Source: Octopus sinensis
Lineage: Eukaryota
Reading direction: 5' to 3'
Assembly (NCBI RefSeq): GCF_006345805.1
Contig: NC_043022.1
Span: 2,728,001-2,792,000 of the forward strand
DNA length: 64,000 bases
Position numbers and translations under genes: made by a program. A model generated the notes under the pieces. It made no database searches, was not told where the DNA came from, and saw nothing but the letters and a program-made list of their open reading frames with translations. This document shows, piece by piece, positions 13,029 through 26,800 of the stretch. The stretch's first letter is position 1; each line of letters starts with the position of its first letter.

Positions 13029-13719
13029 GTTAAGACCAACACCACTTGAGAAGTGGAGATAATTTCAAAAATCTTGTATTCTTTATAACTGACATGCTGA
13101 TGGTGGCTACCGAGGTAGGAACATGTCCAAGATTCTCCTCTTATCTCCAGACAGGCTTATTGTCTGGAGATAAGAGGTCTCTTGGACACATGTTTCTGCC
13201 ACAGTGGCCATCATCAGCACAACAATTGCTTGACAACCAATGTTGGTATGTTTACGTCCCCTTGACTTAGCAGTTTGGCAAAAGAGACCGACCGATGGAA
13301 TAAGTACTGTACTTACAAAGAATATGTCCTGGAGTCAATTTGTTTGACTAAAGGCAGTGCTCCAGCATGGCCGCAATCAAATGACTGAAACAAGTGAAAG
13401 AATAAAAGAATATCGGAGGAGTGCTCAGCCACTTTCATGTTATTTCACAAGCAGGCTGTTGCATTGAAGGGGTCAATTAGAACCCTTGTCATTGTAACCA
13501 ACAATGCCAGTTACCTCCTCTGCATAAAAAAAGACAAAAAAGCAGTCTGTGGCCCTAGGCCTGTGTCAGAACTTATTGATCATAGCAACAGATTATTGTT
13601 CTGATAAGTGATATCTTAAATTCTCAGAGTTTCTGAAGGACATCTGGAGGTCAAGTGGTGCACTGGTTGCGACTGGAATGCATGGCTGCAGTCCAATGAC
13701 TTGAAACAAGTAAAAACAT

Positions 13720-14665
13720 GCACACTCACACACACATACTTGCTAACACGCACATGCCCTCACACTCACGCACTCACACACACACACATGAAATCACACA
13801 CTCACACACACACTCTCACACACACGCACTCTCACACACACCCACTCACACACACACACATGAAATCACACACTCAAACACACACTCTCACACACACCCA
13901 CTCACACACTCACTCTCACACACACGCACTCACACACACACATGAAATCACACATGAAATCACACACTCACACACACGCACTCACACACACACACATGAA
14001 ATCACACACTCACACACACACACACACACATGAAATCACACACTCACACACACACTCTCACACACACGCACTCTCACACACACCCACTCACACACACCCA
14101 CTCACACACACACACTCACACACACACACATGAAATCACACACTCACACACGCACTCTCACACACACGCACTCTCACACACACCCACTCTCACACACACC
14201 CACTCTCACACACACCCACTCTCACACACACCCACTCTCACACACACCCACTCTCACACACACCCACTCACACACACACTCACACACACACACATGAAAT
14301 CACACACTCACACACACACTCTCACACACACGCACTCTCACACACACCCACTCACACACACACACACATGAAATCACACACTCACACACGCACTCTCACA
14401 CACATGCACTCTCACACACATGCACTCTCACACACATGCACTCTCACACACACCCACTCTCACACACACCCACTCTCACACATACTCTCACACACACTCA
14501 TACACTCTCACACACACACTCACACACAAACACTCTCTCACAAACACTCTCTCACAAACACTCTCACACACACCCACTCACACACACACACTCACACACA
14601 CACACTCTCACACACACACACACTCTCACACCTCACACATGCTCTCACACAGACACACTCATACA
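13720..14665. repeat. (CA)n/(CACT) compound microsatellite punctuated by catgaaatca
   Basis: Seen directly. Confidence 0.95.
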
Positions 14666-15744
14666 TATATGTATCGTGCCATCAATTATAAAGTTGACAG
14701 CCTCATCTCCTCAACCTCACTGTGTAATTCTTATCTTGATGGCGGCTTCTGCATATTCTTCCTTTGTTCTAACCACTTGCTCTCCCCCAACCAGTATCCA
14801 GAAAGTGGGGTGGGGCTCTCCCTCCCTCCCTCCCTTTCTCTCTCTCATCTCCTGCCAACCAATCTTCATCTCGTCCTCCTTGATTTTGTCTTCTGTAAAA
14901 TATTAGCACCGTCATTGCCATTTAATGGCCACTTTTCCAAGCTTGCATGGGTCAGGTGGAATTTACTGAGGCCGATTTTTTTTTTTTTTTTTTTTTTTTT
15001 GATTTTTTTTCTACAGCTGGATGCCTTTCCTGTTGCCAACGTTTACCTGTTTTCCAAAACATGGCTAAGTTTCTTTGTGGCCAGCCAGACAGGTTTTCCA
15101 TGAAAGACTGGAAACAAACAACCTCGCTTATGTGACAGTGATGCTCCTTTACAACCATCGATTTATCCCAAGACTAGGGCACACCCCAAATCCACCCACA
15201 CCCCACACACAGCAGGCTACTCTCATTTTCCATCAGCTGAATCCATGCTAGAGGGACAGACACAGACACACAAACATATACACACACACTTATATATATA
15301 TGTACATATATACGACAGGCTTCTTTCAGTTTCCGTCTACCACATCTGCTTATAAAGCTTTGGTTGGTCCAAGGCTATAGCAGAAGACACTTGCCCAAGA
15401 TGCCACGCAGTGGGACTGAACCCGGAACCATGTGGTTGGTAAGCAAGCTACTTACCACACAGCCATGCCTGCGCCTAGCAGCATTTATGAACTTTCCTGT
15501 ACTTGTGTGTGTGTGTGTGGGGGGGGATTTGTTTACGTTCGTGACTTTGTGTTTGTTTCCCACTATCACTTGACAATCAATGTTGGTTTGTTTATGTCCC
15601 CATAACTTAGCAGCTCAGCAAAAGAGCTGATGGAATGCATACCAGTTTTAAAAGTAAGTACCAAGGTTGATTTGTTCAACCAGAACCCTTTAAGGTGGTG
15701 CCCCAGCATGGTCGCTGTCCAAATGATTGAAAACATGTTATCAA

Positions 15745-16050
15745 CCACCTCACCAACAACAACACTGAACACCTTTTTCATCTCCACCCGTCTAACACCC
15801 GTGGACATGCCTACAGAGTCAGAAAACAACACAGCTTCCCGTGACTTTCGGAAACATTTTTTCACGCTCAGAGTTGCTGAAGCATGGAATAAACTGCCTG
15901 CGTCAGTTGTTGACTGCCATGACACTGCATCCTTTAAGGCCCTCATGCTTTCCGAAATCCGCCGAAACTACACCTGATTATATATACACTTTAGATGAGT
16001 TGTAGTGCACCTGAGCACTGTACACAATTATTATTATTATTATTATTATT
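15745..16050 (+). mobile_element. CR1/L2-group LINE 3' end
   Basis: TRGHAYRVRKQ...RKHFFTLRVAEAWNKLP motif, a 3' UTR hairpin (gtgcacctgagcactgtacac) and an (ATT)n tail. Confidence 0.85.
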
Positions 16051-16829
16051 ATGTGAAAAGCAAATGAAAAGAGATTTGGTTCTTGTGAACAACTTCGACA
16101 GTGAACAGAGGTTTCTTCTTGAAGTCTAAGACAGCTGCTGGAATCCTGTCTTACTTAACCAGAACTCTCACTACACCATTTTCTATGTGGCTGTTTAGAA
16201 TTCAGCTGTGAAGATTCTGTTTCACCAGACTTAACAATCTGGGTTTCGCAAGTGCAGGAAATGGAAGTTATGTTGTAGCAATGGGGTGGGATATGATATT
16301 TGATAGTAGAGGATGCTGCTGTAGCTATTGTTGTTGTTGTTTGTATATGATTCCTGGCTTACAGCTGTGTATTTTCAACATTCATCTCTGTTGAACAGCA
16401 CAGGTAACAGATATCTTCTGCCTTAGTTTGCTCCTATCTTTCATTGTTAACGGAAAACCAAACAATGGAACTGAGAACACACACACACCTGTTGAGGTCT
16501 TGAAATTAATCTTGGCTTATCAGTTCTTTAGAGAGAAAAAAGATAAGATTTTCTTAAAAAAATCTCTCTGGTAACTTTTTAAAGTCATTAAGTGGATGGA
16601 TGTGTTTATTAATAGCGATAGCGCTTGCATGTAGATCTAAGTACTGTCTTCAGAATTTCACTGACAATTTGACTACCTGTAAATTCAGGTAACAGAGCTA
16701 GGTCATTTGAAAAACAAGATAATGCCAAGTACCTCTAACCACCTGGTAGCAGCAGTATAGACCAGCCTGTTATTTATTATCGTTATTAACTTGCATAAAC
16801 AGCACTGGCAGATGGTAAATAAAATGAGC

Positions 16830-17230
16830 AGGCGCAGGAGTTGCTGTGTGGTAAGTAGCTTGCTTACCAACCACATGGTTCCGGGTTCAGTCCCACTGCA
16901 TGGCATCGTGGGCAAGTGTCTTCTACTATAGCCCCGGGCCGACCAATGCCTTGTGAGTGGATTTGGTAGACAGAAACTGAATGAAGCCTGTCGTATATAT
17001 ATATATACATATATATATGTGCTTGTGTGTCTGTGTTTGTCCCCCTAGCATTGCTTGACAACCGATGCTGGTGTGTTTACGTCCCCGTCACTTAGCGGTT
17101 CGGCAAAAGAGACCTATAGAATAAGTACTGGGCTTACCAAGAATAAGTCCCGAGGTCGAGTTACTTGACTAAAGGCGGTGCTCCAGTATGGCCACAGTCA
17201 AATGACTGAAACAAGTAAAAGAGTAAAAGA
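16830..17230 (+). mobile_element. tRNA-derived SINE family A (representative copy)
   Basis: A-box tggctgtgtggtaag, B-box ggttcagtcc, central (TA)/(TG) microsatellite, tail gactgaaacaagtaaaagag. Other copies approximately: 33-400(-), 4735-5125(-), 6525-6945(+), 9760-10145(+), 12415-12780(-), 15260-15475(-), 32575-32975(+), 33915-34315(+), 35310-35670(+), 38134-38495(+), 38830-39222(+), 40095-40440(-), 40780-41165(-), 41400-41800(+), 42660-43040(+), 52940-53345(+), 55280-55805(-), 62815-63215(-), 63915-64000(-). Confidence 0.92.
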
Positions 17231-17541
17231 GGTGAGGTTTGAAATCTGAAGATCTCTGCTAGAATTTGCCTAGCTTTCTGTCCCTGTGCTGGAACTTTGT
17301 TAATGCTGGGATGTTTAAGACTTGCAATCGTTGTCGGTTGTGGAAAGACGTGACTGAACAACATGCGTGAACTTTTAAGATTTTATTGTTGCACTTAAAG
17401 GCAAACTGCAGTGGCCATTTACAGGTAACAACAACAGAGAAGGAAGGAAGAATTATGCCGCCTTCGAAGAAGTTACTTATGTGATGTTTTGTGAATGTTT
17501 AGTTCAGTCTGTTCAAGAACCTGGAGATGTCTGCTGCACAG

Positions 17542-18235
17542 ACATCTGGAACCATCTGGTGTGGCAAGAATAGAGGCACATCTTGCACAGTTGCCTTAAC
17601 ACTCAGCAAAGAGTGTGAGCACTAAAAGCGGCTCTTTATAGGACTCAAGAAGATTGAATTATGCGATGGCTTCATACTGATCGGTAGCTTAATAGACTGA
17701 CCATTGCACAAACATCTGGAACCATCTGGTGTGGCAAGGATGGAGGCACATCTTGCACAGTTGCCTTAACACTCAGCAAAGAGTGTGAGCCACTAAAAGC
17801 GGCTCTTTATAGGACTCAAGAAGATTGAATTATGCGATGGCTCATACTGATCGGTAGCTTAATGACTGACGTTGCACAAACATCTGGAACCATCTGGTTG
17901 TGGCAAGGATGGAGGCACATCTTGCACAGCTGCCTTAACACTCAGCAAAGAGTGTGAGCACTTAAAAGCGACTCTTTATAGGACTCAAGAAGATTGAATT
18001 ATGCGATGGCTTCATACTGATCGGTAGCTTAATAGACTGACCGTTGCACAAACATCTGGAACCATCTGGTGTGGCAAGGATGGAGGCACATCTTGCACAG
18101 CTGCCTTAACACTCAGCAAAGAGTGTGAGCACTTAAAAGCGGCTCTTTATAGGACTCAAGAAGATTGAATTATGCGATGGCTTCATACTGATCGGTAGCT
18201 TAATAGACTGACCGTTGCACAAACATCTGGAACCA
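17542..18235. repeat. ~170-bp tandem repeat, 4 full copies plus a partial
   Basis: acatctggaacc at 17542, 17712, 17880, 18052 and 18223. Confidence 0.95.
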
Positions 18236-18511
18236 TCCATCAGCCCCAACATTCTGCATGGCAAGAGGGTGAGACATGTGAGTCAGCTGATCTTAACACT
18301 TTGCAAAGAGCGTTGGCACCAAAAACGGTTCAAGAAGATTCTCAATGTGACACAATGCATCTGTAAGCTCGAGGGTAGCAAATTGACCCAGTGTTACAAT
18401 TCATCTAAGTGTGCTAAGGGTTAAAGTGATTTCTTTTGTACCGTGAACCATTTACCATTCCTGTGCTTTCCCATTTCTTTGATGCCCTAAGTCCATGCTT
18501 ATTTAGCTTAA

Positions 18512-18727
18512 CCCTTTAGTGCTTAAACCGGCCATATCTGGCCCAAATATTCTACATGTTTTATATTTGAACTAGCCATATCTAGCCTCTCACACCTTGC
18601 AGTGACATTCTAAAAATAAGTAATCACATCACTGAAACCTCAAAGCTATGAGATAATGCATGATTAATTCAAAACAATTTGAGTGAAAAAGTATTACATT
18701 TAACAGAGTAATCTGAACACTAAAGGG
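18512..18727. mobile_element. piggyBac-like MITE
   Basis: TTAA|ccctttagtg...cactaaaggg|TTAA; a partial relative lies at about 46460-46570. Confidence 0.88.
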
Positions 18728-20724
18728 TTAATGGTTAATCCAGTGCCGACTGCAGTAAATAAAACAGAGGAATCTAGGCCAGTTCTTTGTTCACTCACCC
18801 CCCAGTCACCTTGATCCAATATCGAAGTACTTATTACACAACTTGGTCATTAAGGAATAGTTTATTAAATATATGTAACTATTTCTGAGAGCCATCAGTT
18901 CTGGCTGGTTTTTTTTTTGGTTTTTTTGTGTGTCAGGCTCCAAAGTGGAGAATCAACCAGACAATATAGTGTTAGGTTACCATTTAGTTTAGATATTGCC
19001 ATCGTGTGGCGGTGGTTGTTTACTACAATTTGACATCTGCTTCCGACCAAACCCTACCCTGTTAATGTATGTATGTATGTGTGCATGTATGTGTGCATGC
19101 ATATATACATATATATATATATATATTTCTTTACTACCCACAAGGGGCTAAACATAGAGGGGACAAACAAGGACAGACGCACGGATTAAATCGATTACAT
19201 CGACCCCAGTGCGTAATTGGTACTTAATTTATCGACCCCGAAAGGATGAAAGGCAAAGTCGACCTCGGCGGAATTTGAACTCAGAACGTAGCGACGGGCG
19301 AAATACCGCAAAGCACTTCGCCCGGCGTGCTAACGTCTCTGCTAGCTCACCGCCTGTGTGTATATATGTGTGCATGTATGTGTGCGTGTGTATATATATA
19401 TATATGTATTTGTGTGTGTGGGGATATTATCTCTTTCTTTACTACCAACAAGGGGCTAAACACAGAGAGGACAAACAGATTAAGTCGATTATATCGACCC
19501 CAGTACGTAACTGGTACTTATTTAATCGACCCTGAAAGGATGAAAGGCAAAGTCGACCTCGGCGGAATTTGAACTCAGAACGTATCGGCAGACGAAATAC
19601 CGATAAGCATTTGCGATTGGCTTCACCAATGTCTTTGTACTTTCATGGAGTGACTCTGAGTATCTTCTCTCTCTCAGATTGTAAGTAAACAAGCACCAAC
19701 CAGGTTTTACAGACCTCAATGAGTTCCCAACAGGGTTTCCTCCTCAATGGAGATTACTGAACAATCACAAAATACTCGATGGCCCTGACAGACAAACATC
19801 TTAGTTTTAACCTTTCCTGCAGAGAGTTGAGCAATTAGTCACCAAATATTACCTTCCTAAATAAATGGTTTCAGGTTCAATCCCTCTGCTTAGCACTTTG
19901 GGCGAATGCCTTCTATTATAGGGCCCCAGGGGGAACAGAGCATTGTGAGTGGATTTGGTAGGGCAGAATCTGAAAAAAGCGGTGAGCTGGCAGAAACGTT
20001 AGCACGCCGGGCGAAATGCTTCGCTGTATTACGCCCGTCGCTACATTCTGAGTTCAAATTCCGCCGAGGTCGACTTTGCCTTTCATCCTTTCGGGGCTCG
20101 ATAAATTAAGTACCAGTTACGCACTGGAGTCGATGTAACCGACTTAAGCCCTTTGTTTGTCCTTGTTTGTCCCCTCTATGTTCAGCCCCTTGTGGGCAAT
20201 AAAGAAATAAGAATCTGAAAAAAGCCTGTTTGTGCATGTATGTTGTCTTCTTGTCTGGATGTTACATGAGAGTTGTGAGTGCCATTGTTATACAAGCAGT
20301 GTTGTTTGTTTGCAGTCCTCTGTGGAAGTATTTAGCCAAGGGGAAATGTTAAGGTATTTGGAAATAGGTGAAGATTAGTGGCAGGATGGGTATCTGGTTG
20401 TAGAATATTTGCCCCAATGAATTCCTTCTGACCCATGCAAACATGGAAAAGTGGATGTAAAAACAACGTTGATGACAACCACAGTGGTTATGGTGATGAT
20501 GATGATGATGTCTATTCTCGATCATTCTGAGATTATAAGTCTGTTGTGCTCGGGTGTATGTCTCCTTGTCTTGATGTTAGGTGGCGATTGCAAGTGCCGT
20601 TTGTCCACACAAGCAGTATCTTTCATTTCTAGTCTTCTGTAGAAACCTATTTAGCCATGGCGAAATATTACCTTATTTGGAAATCGATGAAGGTTTTAGT
20701 GACAACAAGTGTATCTGGCTGTAG

Positions 20725-21102
20725 GAGTGGAGGCGCAATGGCCCAGTGGTTAGGGCAGCGGACTCGCGGTCATAGGATCGCGGCTTTGATTCCCAGACCG
20801 GGCGTTGTGAGTGTTTATTGAGCGAAAACACCTAAAAGCTCCACGAGGCTCCGGCAGGGGATGGTGGTGATCCCTGCTGTACTCTTTCTCTCACTCTTAC
20901 TTCCTGTTTCTGTTGTGCCTGTATTTCAAAGGGCCGGCCTTGTCACTCTCTGTGTCACGCTGAATATCCCCGAGAACTACATTAAGGGTACGCATGTCTG
21001 TGGAGTGCTCAGCCACTTACACGTTAATTTCACGAGCAGGCTGTTCCGTTGATTCGGATCAACCGGAACCCTCGTCGTCGTAACCGACGGAGTGCTTCCA
21101 TC
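20725..21102 (+). mobile_element. tRNA-derived SINE family C, full length with TSD
   Basis: Head gcgcaatggcccagtggttagggcagcggactcgcgg; 12-bp TSD atctggctgtag at 20713-20724 and 21103-21114. Other copies: ~975-1262(+), 3875-4258(-), 4275-4482(-), 58400-58620(-). Confidence 0.9.
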
Positions 21103-21518
21103 ATCTGGCTGTAGAATATCCGCCTCAACGAATCCCCTCTGACCTACACAAGCATGAAAACAAACAATATTGGTGACGACAATGATGATTGCTATTTTCA
21201 ACGATTCTGAAATTATTTCCAATTACCCAATCATTCTTATCAAAAATTGATTTCATAAACATTCACAAGTATTTCTAGTCATCCATTTTCCCACTTTTAT
21301 CCTCTTTATCTCAACAATTTCACCAAATTTCATAACCGCTTCACATACTTCAAAATAGCCATTATTACATATCTATCGCTTTAGTTTCAATGCCTCGTTA
21401 CCCCATCGGTAATTAGTAGTTGCGGATCATAAATAAAAATGATTACCTACTGGATTGCATGTGCAAACTGTTTACAATACTTCATAATTTGTCTTCTCTA
21501 CTGGTGTTCCATATACTG

Positions 21519-21559
<41 letters not shown>

Positions 21560-23839
21560 CGCAGGAGTGGCTGTGTGGTAAGTAGCTTGCTAACCAACCA
21601 CATGGTTCCGGGTTCAGTCTGTAGCCTCGGGCCGACTAATGCCTTGTGAGTGGATTTGGTAGACGGAAACTGAAAGAAGCCCGTCGTATACATGTATATA
21701 TATATATATAGGTGCAGGAGTGGCTGTGTGGTAAGTAGCTTGCTAACCAACCACATGGTTCCGGGTTCAGTCCCACTGCGTGGCATCTGGGCAGGTGGCT
21801 TCTGAGCATAGCCTCGGGCCGACCAAAGCTTGTGAGTCGATTGGTAGACGGAAACTGAAAGAAGCCCGTCGTATACATGTATATAATATATAAGTGCAGG
21901 AGTGGCTGTGTGGTGTGGTAAGTAGCTTGCTAACCAACCACATGGTTCCGGGTTCAGTCCTATAGTGCCAGGAGGTGGCTACGTGGGGTAAGTAGCTTGC
22001 TAACCAACCACATGGTTCCGGGTTCAGTCCCACTTGCATGGCGACATTGGGCAAGTATAAGTGTCTTCCGCTATAGCCTCGGGCCCCGACCAAAGCCTTG
22101 TGAGTGGATTTGGTAGACGGAAACTGAAAGAAGCTTGTCGTATATATGTATGTATATATATAGTAGTATGTGTGTGGATATGTTGTGTGGCTGTGTATGT
22201 GTCCCCTCTAGCATTGCTTGACAACCGATGATGGTGTGTTTACGTCCCGCTACTTAGCGTTCGTCGGCAAAGAGACGATAGAATATAGTATGGGCTTACA
22301 AAGAATAAGTCCAGGGGTCGATTTGCTCGACTAAACGGTGGTGCTCAGCATGGCCGCAGTCAAACTACTGAAACAAGAAACGAAAAGAAATAAGAAAAAA
22401 AATATATATATATGTAAAATTGGTGGTGTTGATAGTAGTACTACAGTCGCTTGTCTACTTGACTTTAAATGATTGGTTGAACTTTGGTACTTAACGGTAT
22501 CTCCTCCTTTCTAAAGTTTAGTGTGTGTGTGTGATTTACTGCTAGTTCGTTTCCTTCTTTGTGTCTCGAAACACTTCATCTGCTACAGCTTTCGAGGAAA
22601 AAGAATTTATGCGGTGTTAACCTTCCTTGGTCAGTGGCCTTCCCTTTGATTGCCCTTCCTAATGCCAACCATTGCCAGATAGACTGGGCCTGATGCAGCC
22701 TTCTGGCTCACAGACCCCAGTTTAAACCGTCCAACCCATGCTAGCATGGAAAACGGACGCTAAATGATGATGATGATTCAAACGTGTGAAAGGTGAACTT
22801 CTGGAGACTAACACTTAATGGCTTTAAGGGAAAATAGTAGTAATAATAATAATAATAATGATGATACTCCTTTTTATTGTAGGGACAAGGCTGGAGTTTT
22901 CTGGGGAGGGGGCGAGTTGATTACATCGACTCAGCTGGTACTTAATTAGTCAGCTGGTACTTAATTAGTCAGCTGGTACTTAATTACTCAGCTGGTACTT
23001 AATTACCCTGAAAGGATGAAAGACAAAGTCAACCTTGGTGTAGTTTGAACTCAGAATGTGAAGATGAGATGAAATACTGCTAAGCATTTCATCCTGTGTG
23101 CTATCAGTTCTGCCAGCTCACCGCCTTAAATAATAATAATAATAATAATAATCCTTTCTGCTATAGGCACAAGACTTGAAATCTTGGGGAAGGAAACTAG
23201 TCTATTGCATCCCCCCACATATACAAACCTACCCACCAGTACACAGCTGGTATTTAATTTATCAACCCCAAAAAGGACAAAAGGCAAAATCGACCTCAGC
23301 TGAATTTGAACTCGGGATGTAAAGACAGATGAAATGCCTCTAAGCATTTTGCCCGGTGTGCTAACAGTTCTGCCAACTCGCCACAATAATAATAATAATA
23401 ATAATAATAATCGCAAATTCTAGTCTAGAGTTTCGGTGACACTCCTATTGCTAATCTTCAGAGACATGTTTATAGATTAATTCTGTTTTATTTAATTTTC
23501 TTTTCCTTGATTAGTGATATCTGCTTCTGTTGTTGTTGTTCACTGTGTCAGCCCAGGTCAGGGTGATCTATGATCAAAAGTATTCCAGCCTTGACTCTCC
23601 TGTCGGTCTTCAAATTTAGCGCACCTAGGACAATGTTATATATATATAACGTGTCCTACTTGGTGAGGAGGAGAGGTGAAAGACAGCAGGTTGTGATTTG
23701 TGGGAGGTTTTGGCTGCTATTTCTAATGGGTCTGAGGTTCTCTTGTTGGTTTGTAATGTATGTTGCACGGTTTTAAATGCTTTGCCGACTGAGCAGTATA
23801 CAGGGTGGGTTCGTGAGACTGTGGCAGTAGCTGTACATT

Positions 23840-26800
23840 GTCATCACCACCACAACTACCACCACTACCACCACCATCATCATCACTTATCACTGCCATT
23901 GCTACCACCACTGCCATCGCCACCACCATCACTGCCATCGCCACTACCACTGCCATCGCCACCACCACCACTGCCATCGCCACCACCATCACTGCCATCG
24001 CCACCACCACCACTGCCATCGCCACCACCACCACTGCCATCGCCACCACCACCACTGCCATCGCCACCACCACCTGCCATCGCCACCACCATCACTGCCA
24101 TCCAACCACCATGCTGCCATCGCCACCCACCACCACTGCCATCGCCACCACCACCACTGCCATCGCCACCACCATCACTGCCATCCGCCACCACCATGAC
24201 TGCCATCGCACCCACATCACATGCCATCGCCACCACCCACCACTGCCATCGCCACCACCACCACTGCCATCGCCACCACCACCACTGCCATCGCACCACC
24301 ACCACTGCCATCGCCACCCACCACCACTTGCCATCGCCACCACCATCACTGCCATCGCCACACCACACCATCACTGCCATCGCCACTACCACTGCCATCG
24401 CCACCATCACTGCATCGCCCACTACCACTGCCATCGCCACCACCACCCACTGCCCATCGCACCCACCACATGCCCATCGCCACCACCACTGCCATCGACA
24501 CCACCATCACTGCCATCGCCACCACCACCACTGCCATCGCCACAACCATCACTGCCATCGCACCACCACCATCACTGCCATCGCCACCACCACTGCCATC
24601 GCCACCACCACCACTGCCATCGCCCACCACCACACTGCATCGCCACCACCTCACACTGCCATCGCCACACCACCACTGCCATCGCCACCACACCACTGCC
24701 ATCGCCACTACACTGCCATCGCCACCACCATCACTGCCATCGCCACCACCACCACTGCCATCGCCCACACAATCACTGCCATCGCCACCACCACTGCCAT
24801 CGCCACCACCACCACTGCCATCGCCACCCCATCACTGCCATCGCCACACCACTGCCATCGCCACCACCACCACTGCCATCGCCACCACCCACCACTGCCA
24901 TCGCCACCACCATCACTGCCATCGCACCACCACTGCCATCGCCACCACCACCACCAAACCACACTGCCATCGCACACCACCACCACCACTGCCATCGCCA
25001 CCACCACCACTGCCATCACACACCACCCACTGCCATCGCCACTACCACTGCCATCGCCACCACCATCACTGCCATCGCCACCACCACCACTGCCATCGCC
25101 ACCACCACCACTGCCATCGCCACCACCACTGCCATCGCCACCACCACTCACTGCCATCGCCACCACCACTGCCATCGCCACCACCACCACTGCCATCGCC
25201 ACCACCACCACTGCCATCGCCACCATCACTGCCATCGCCACTACCACCACTGCCATCGCCACCACCATCACTGCCATCGCCACATCACTGCCATCGCCAC
25301 TCCCACCACTGCCATCGCCACCACCATCAACTGCCATCGCCACCACCATCACTGCCATCGCCACCACACACCACTGCCATCGCCACCACCATCACTGCCA
25401 TCGCCACCACCATCACTGCCATCGCCACCACCATCACTGCCATCGCCACCACCACTGCCATCGCCACCACCACACTGCCATCGCCACCACCATCACTGCC
25501 ATCGCCACCATCACTGCCATCGCCCACTACCACCACTGCCATCGCCACCACCACCACTGCCATCGCCACCACCATCACTGCCACCGCCACCACCACTGCC
25601 ATCGCCACCACCACCACTGCCATCGCCACCACCATTCACTGCCATCGCCACCACACCACCACTGCCATCGCCACCACCACCACTGCCATCGCCACCACCA
25701 TCACTGCCATCGCCACACCACTGCCATCGCCACCACCACCACTGCCATCGCCACCACCACCACTGCCATCGCCACCACCACCACTGCCATCGACCACTAC
25801 CACTGATGCCATCGCCACACCACTGCTATCGCCACCACATCACTGCCATCGCCACCGCCACCACCGCCATCGCCACCACCACCACCACCATCGCCACCAC
25901 CACACTGCCATCGCCACCGCCACCACTGCCATCGCCCCACCACATTGCCATCGCCACCACCAACTGCCATCACCACCACTGCCATCGCACCACCACCACT
26001 GCCATCGCCACCACATCACTGCCATCGCCACCACCATCACTGCCATCGCCACCACCACCACTGCCATCGCCACCCCACCACTGCCCATCGCCACACCATC
26101 ACTGCCATCGCCACCACCACTGCCATCGCCACCACCACCACTGCCATCGCCCACCACCACCACTGCCATCGCCACCACCATCACTGCCATCGCCACCACC
26201 ACTGCCATCGCCACCACCACTGCCATCGCAACCACCATCATGGCCATCTGCCACCACCACTGCCATCGCCACACCACACCACTGCCATCGCCACCACCAT
26301 CACTGCCATCGCCACACCATCACTGCCATCGCCACTACCACTGCCATCGCCACCACCACTGCCATCGCCACCACCACTGCCATCGCCACCACCATCACTG
26401 CCATCGCCACTACCACTGCCATCGCCACCACCACTGCCATCGCCACCACCACCACTGCCATCGCCACCACCATCACTGCCATCGCCACCACCATCACTAC
26501 CATCGCCACCACACAATGCCATCGCCACTACCACTGCCATCGCCCACACCATCACTGCCATCGCCACCACCACCAACTGCCATCGCCACCCCCACCCCCC
26601 CACCACCACCACAATCCTGCCCCGCCCCACCAATCACTGCCATCGCCACACCACCACTGCCATCGCCACTACCACTGCCATTGCCACCACCACCACTGCC
26701 ATCGCCACCACCATCACTGCCATCGCCACCACCATCACTGCCATCGCCACCACCACCACTGCCATCGCCACCACCACCACTGCCATCGCCACCACCATCA

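Noticed and set aside
8026-14906. HT/SL/VC-rich ORFs, also at 36785-37827 and 57769-58287
   Set aside because: Translations of dinucleotide microsatellites.
20731-20805. tRNA-like sequences at SINE heads
   Set aside because: A/B boxes are present but there is no complete cloverleaf, and each continues into a SINE body.
23777-23810. Candidate start exon ATG CTT TGC CGA CTG AGC AGT ATA CAG G|gtgggt
   Set aside because: The donor falls in phase 1 but exon A needs phase 0, and there is no good upstream acceptor or promoter evidence.
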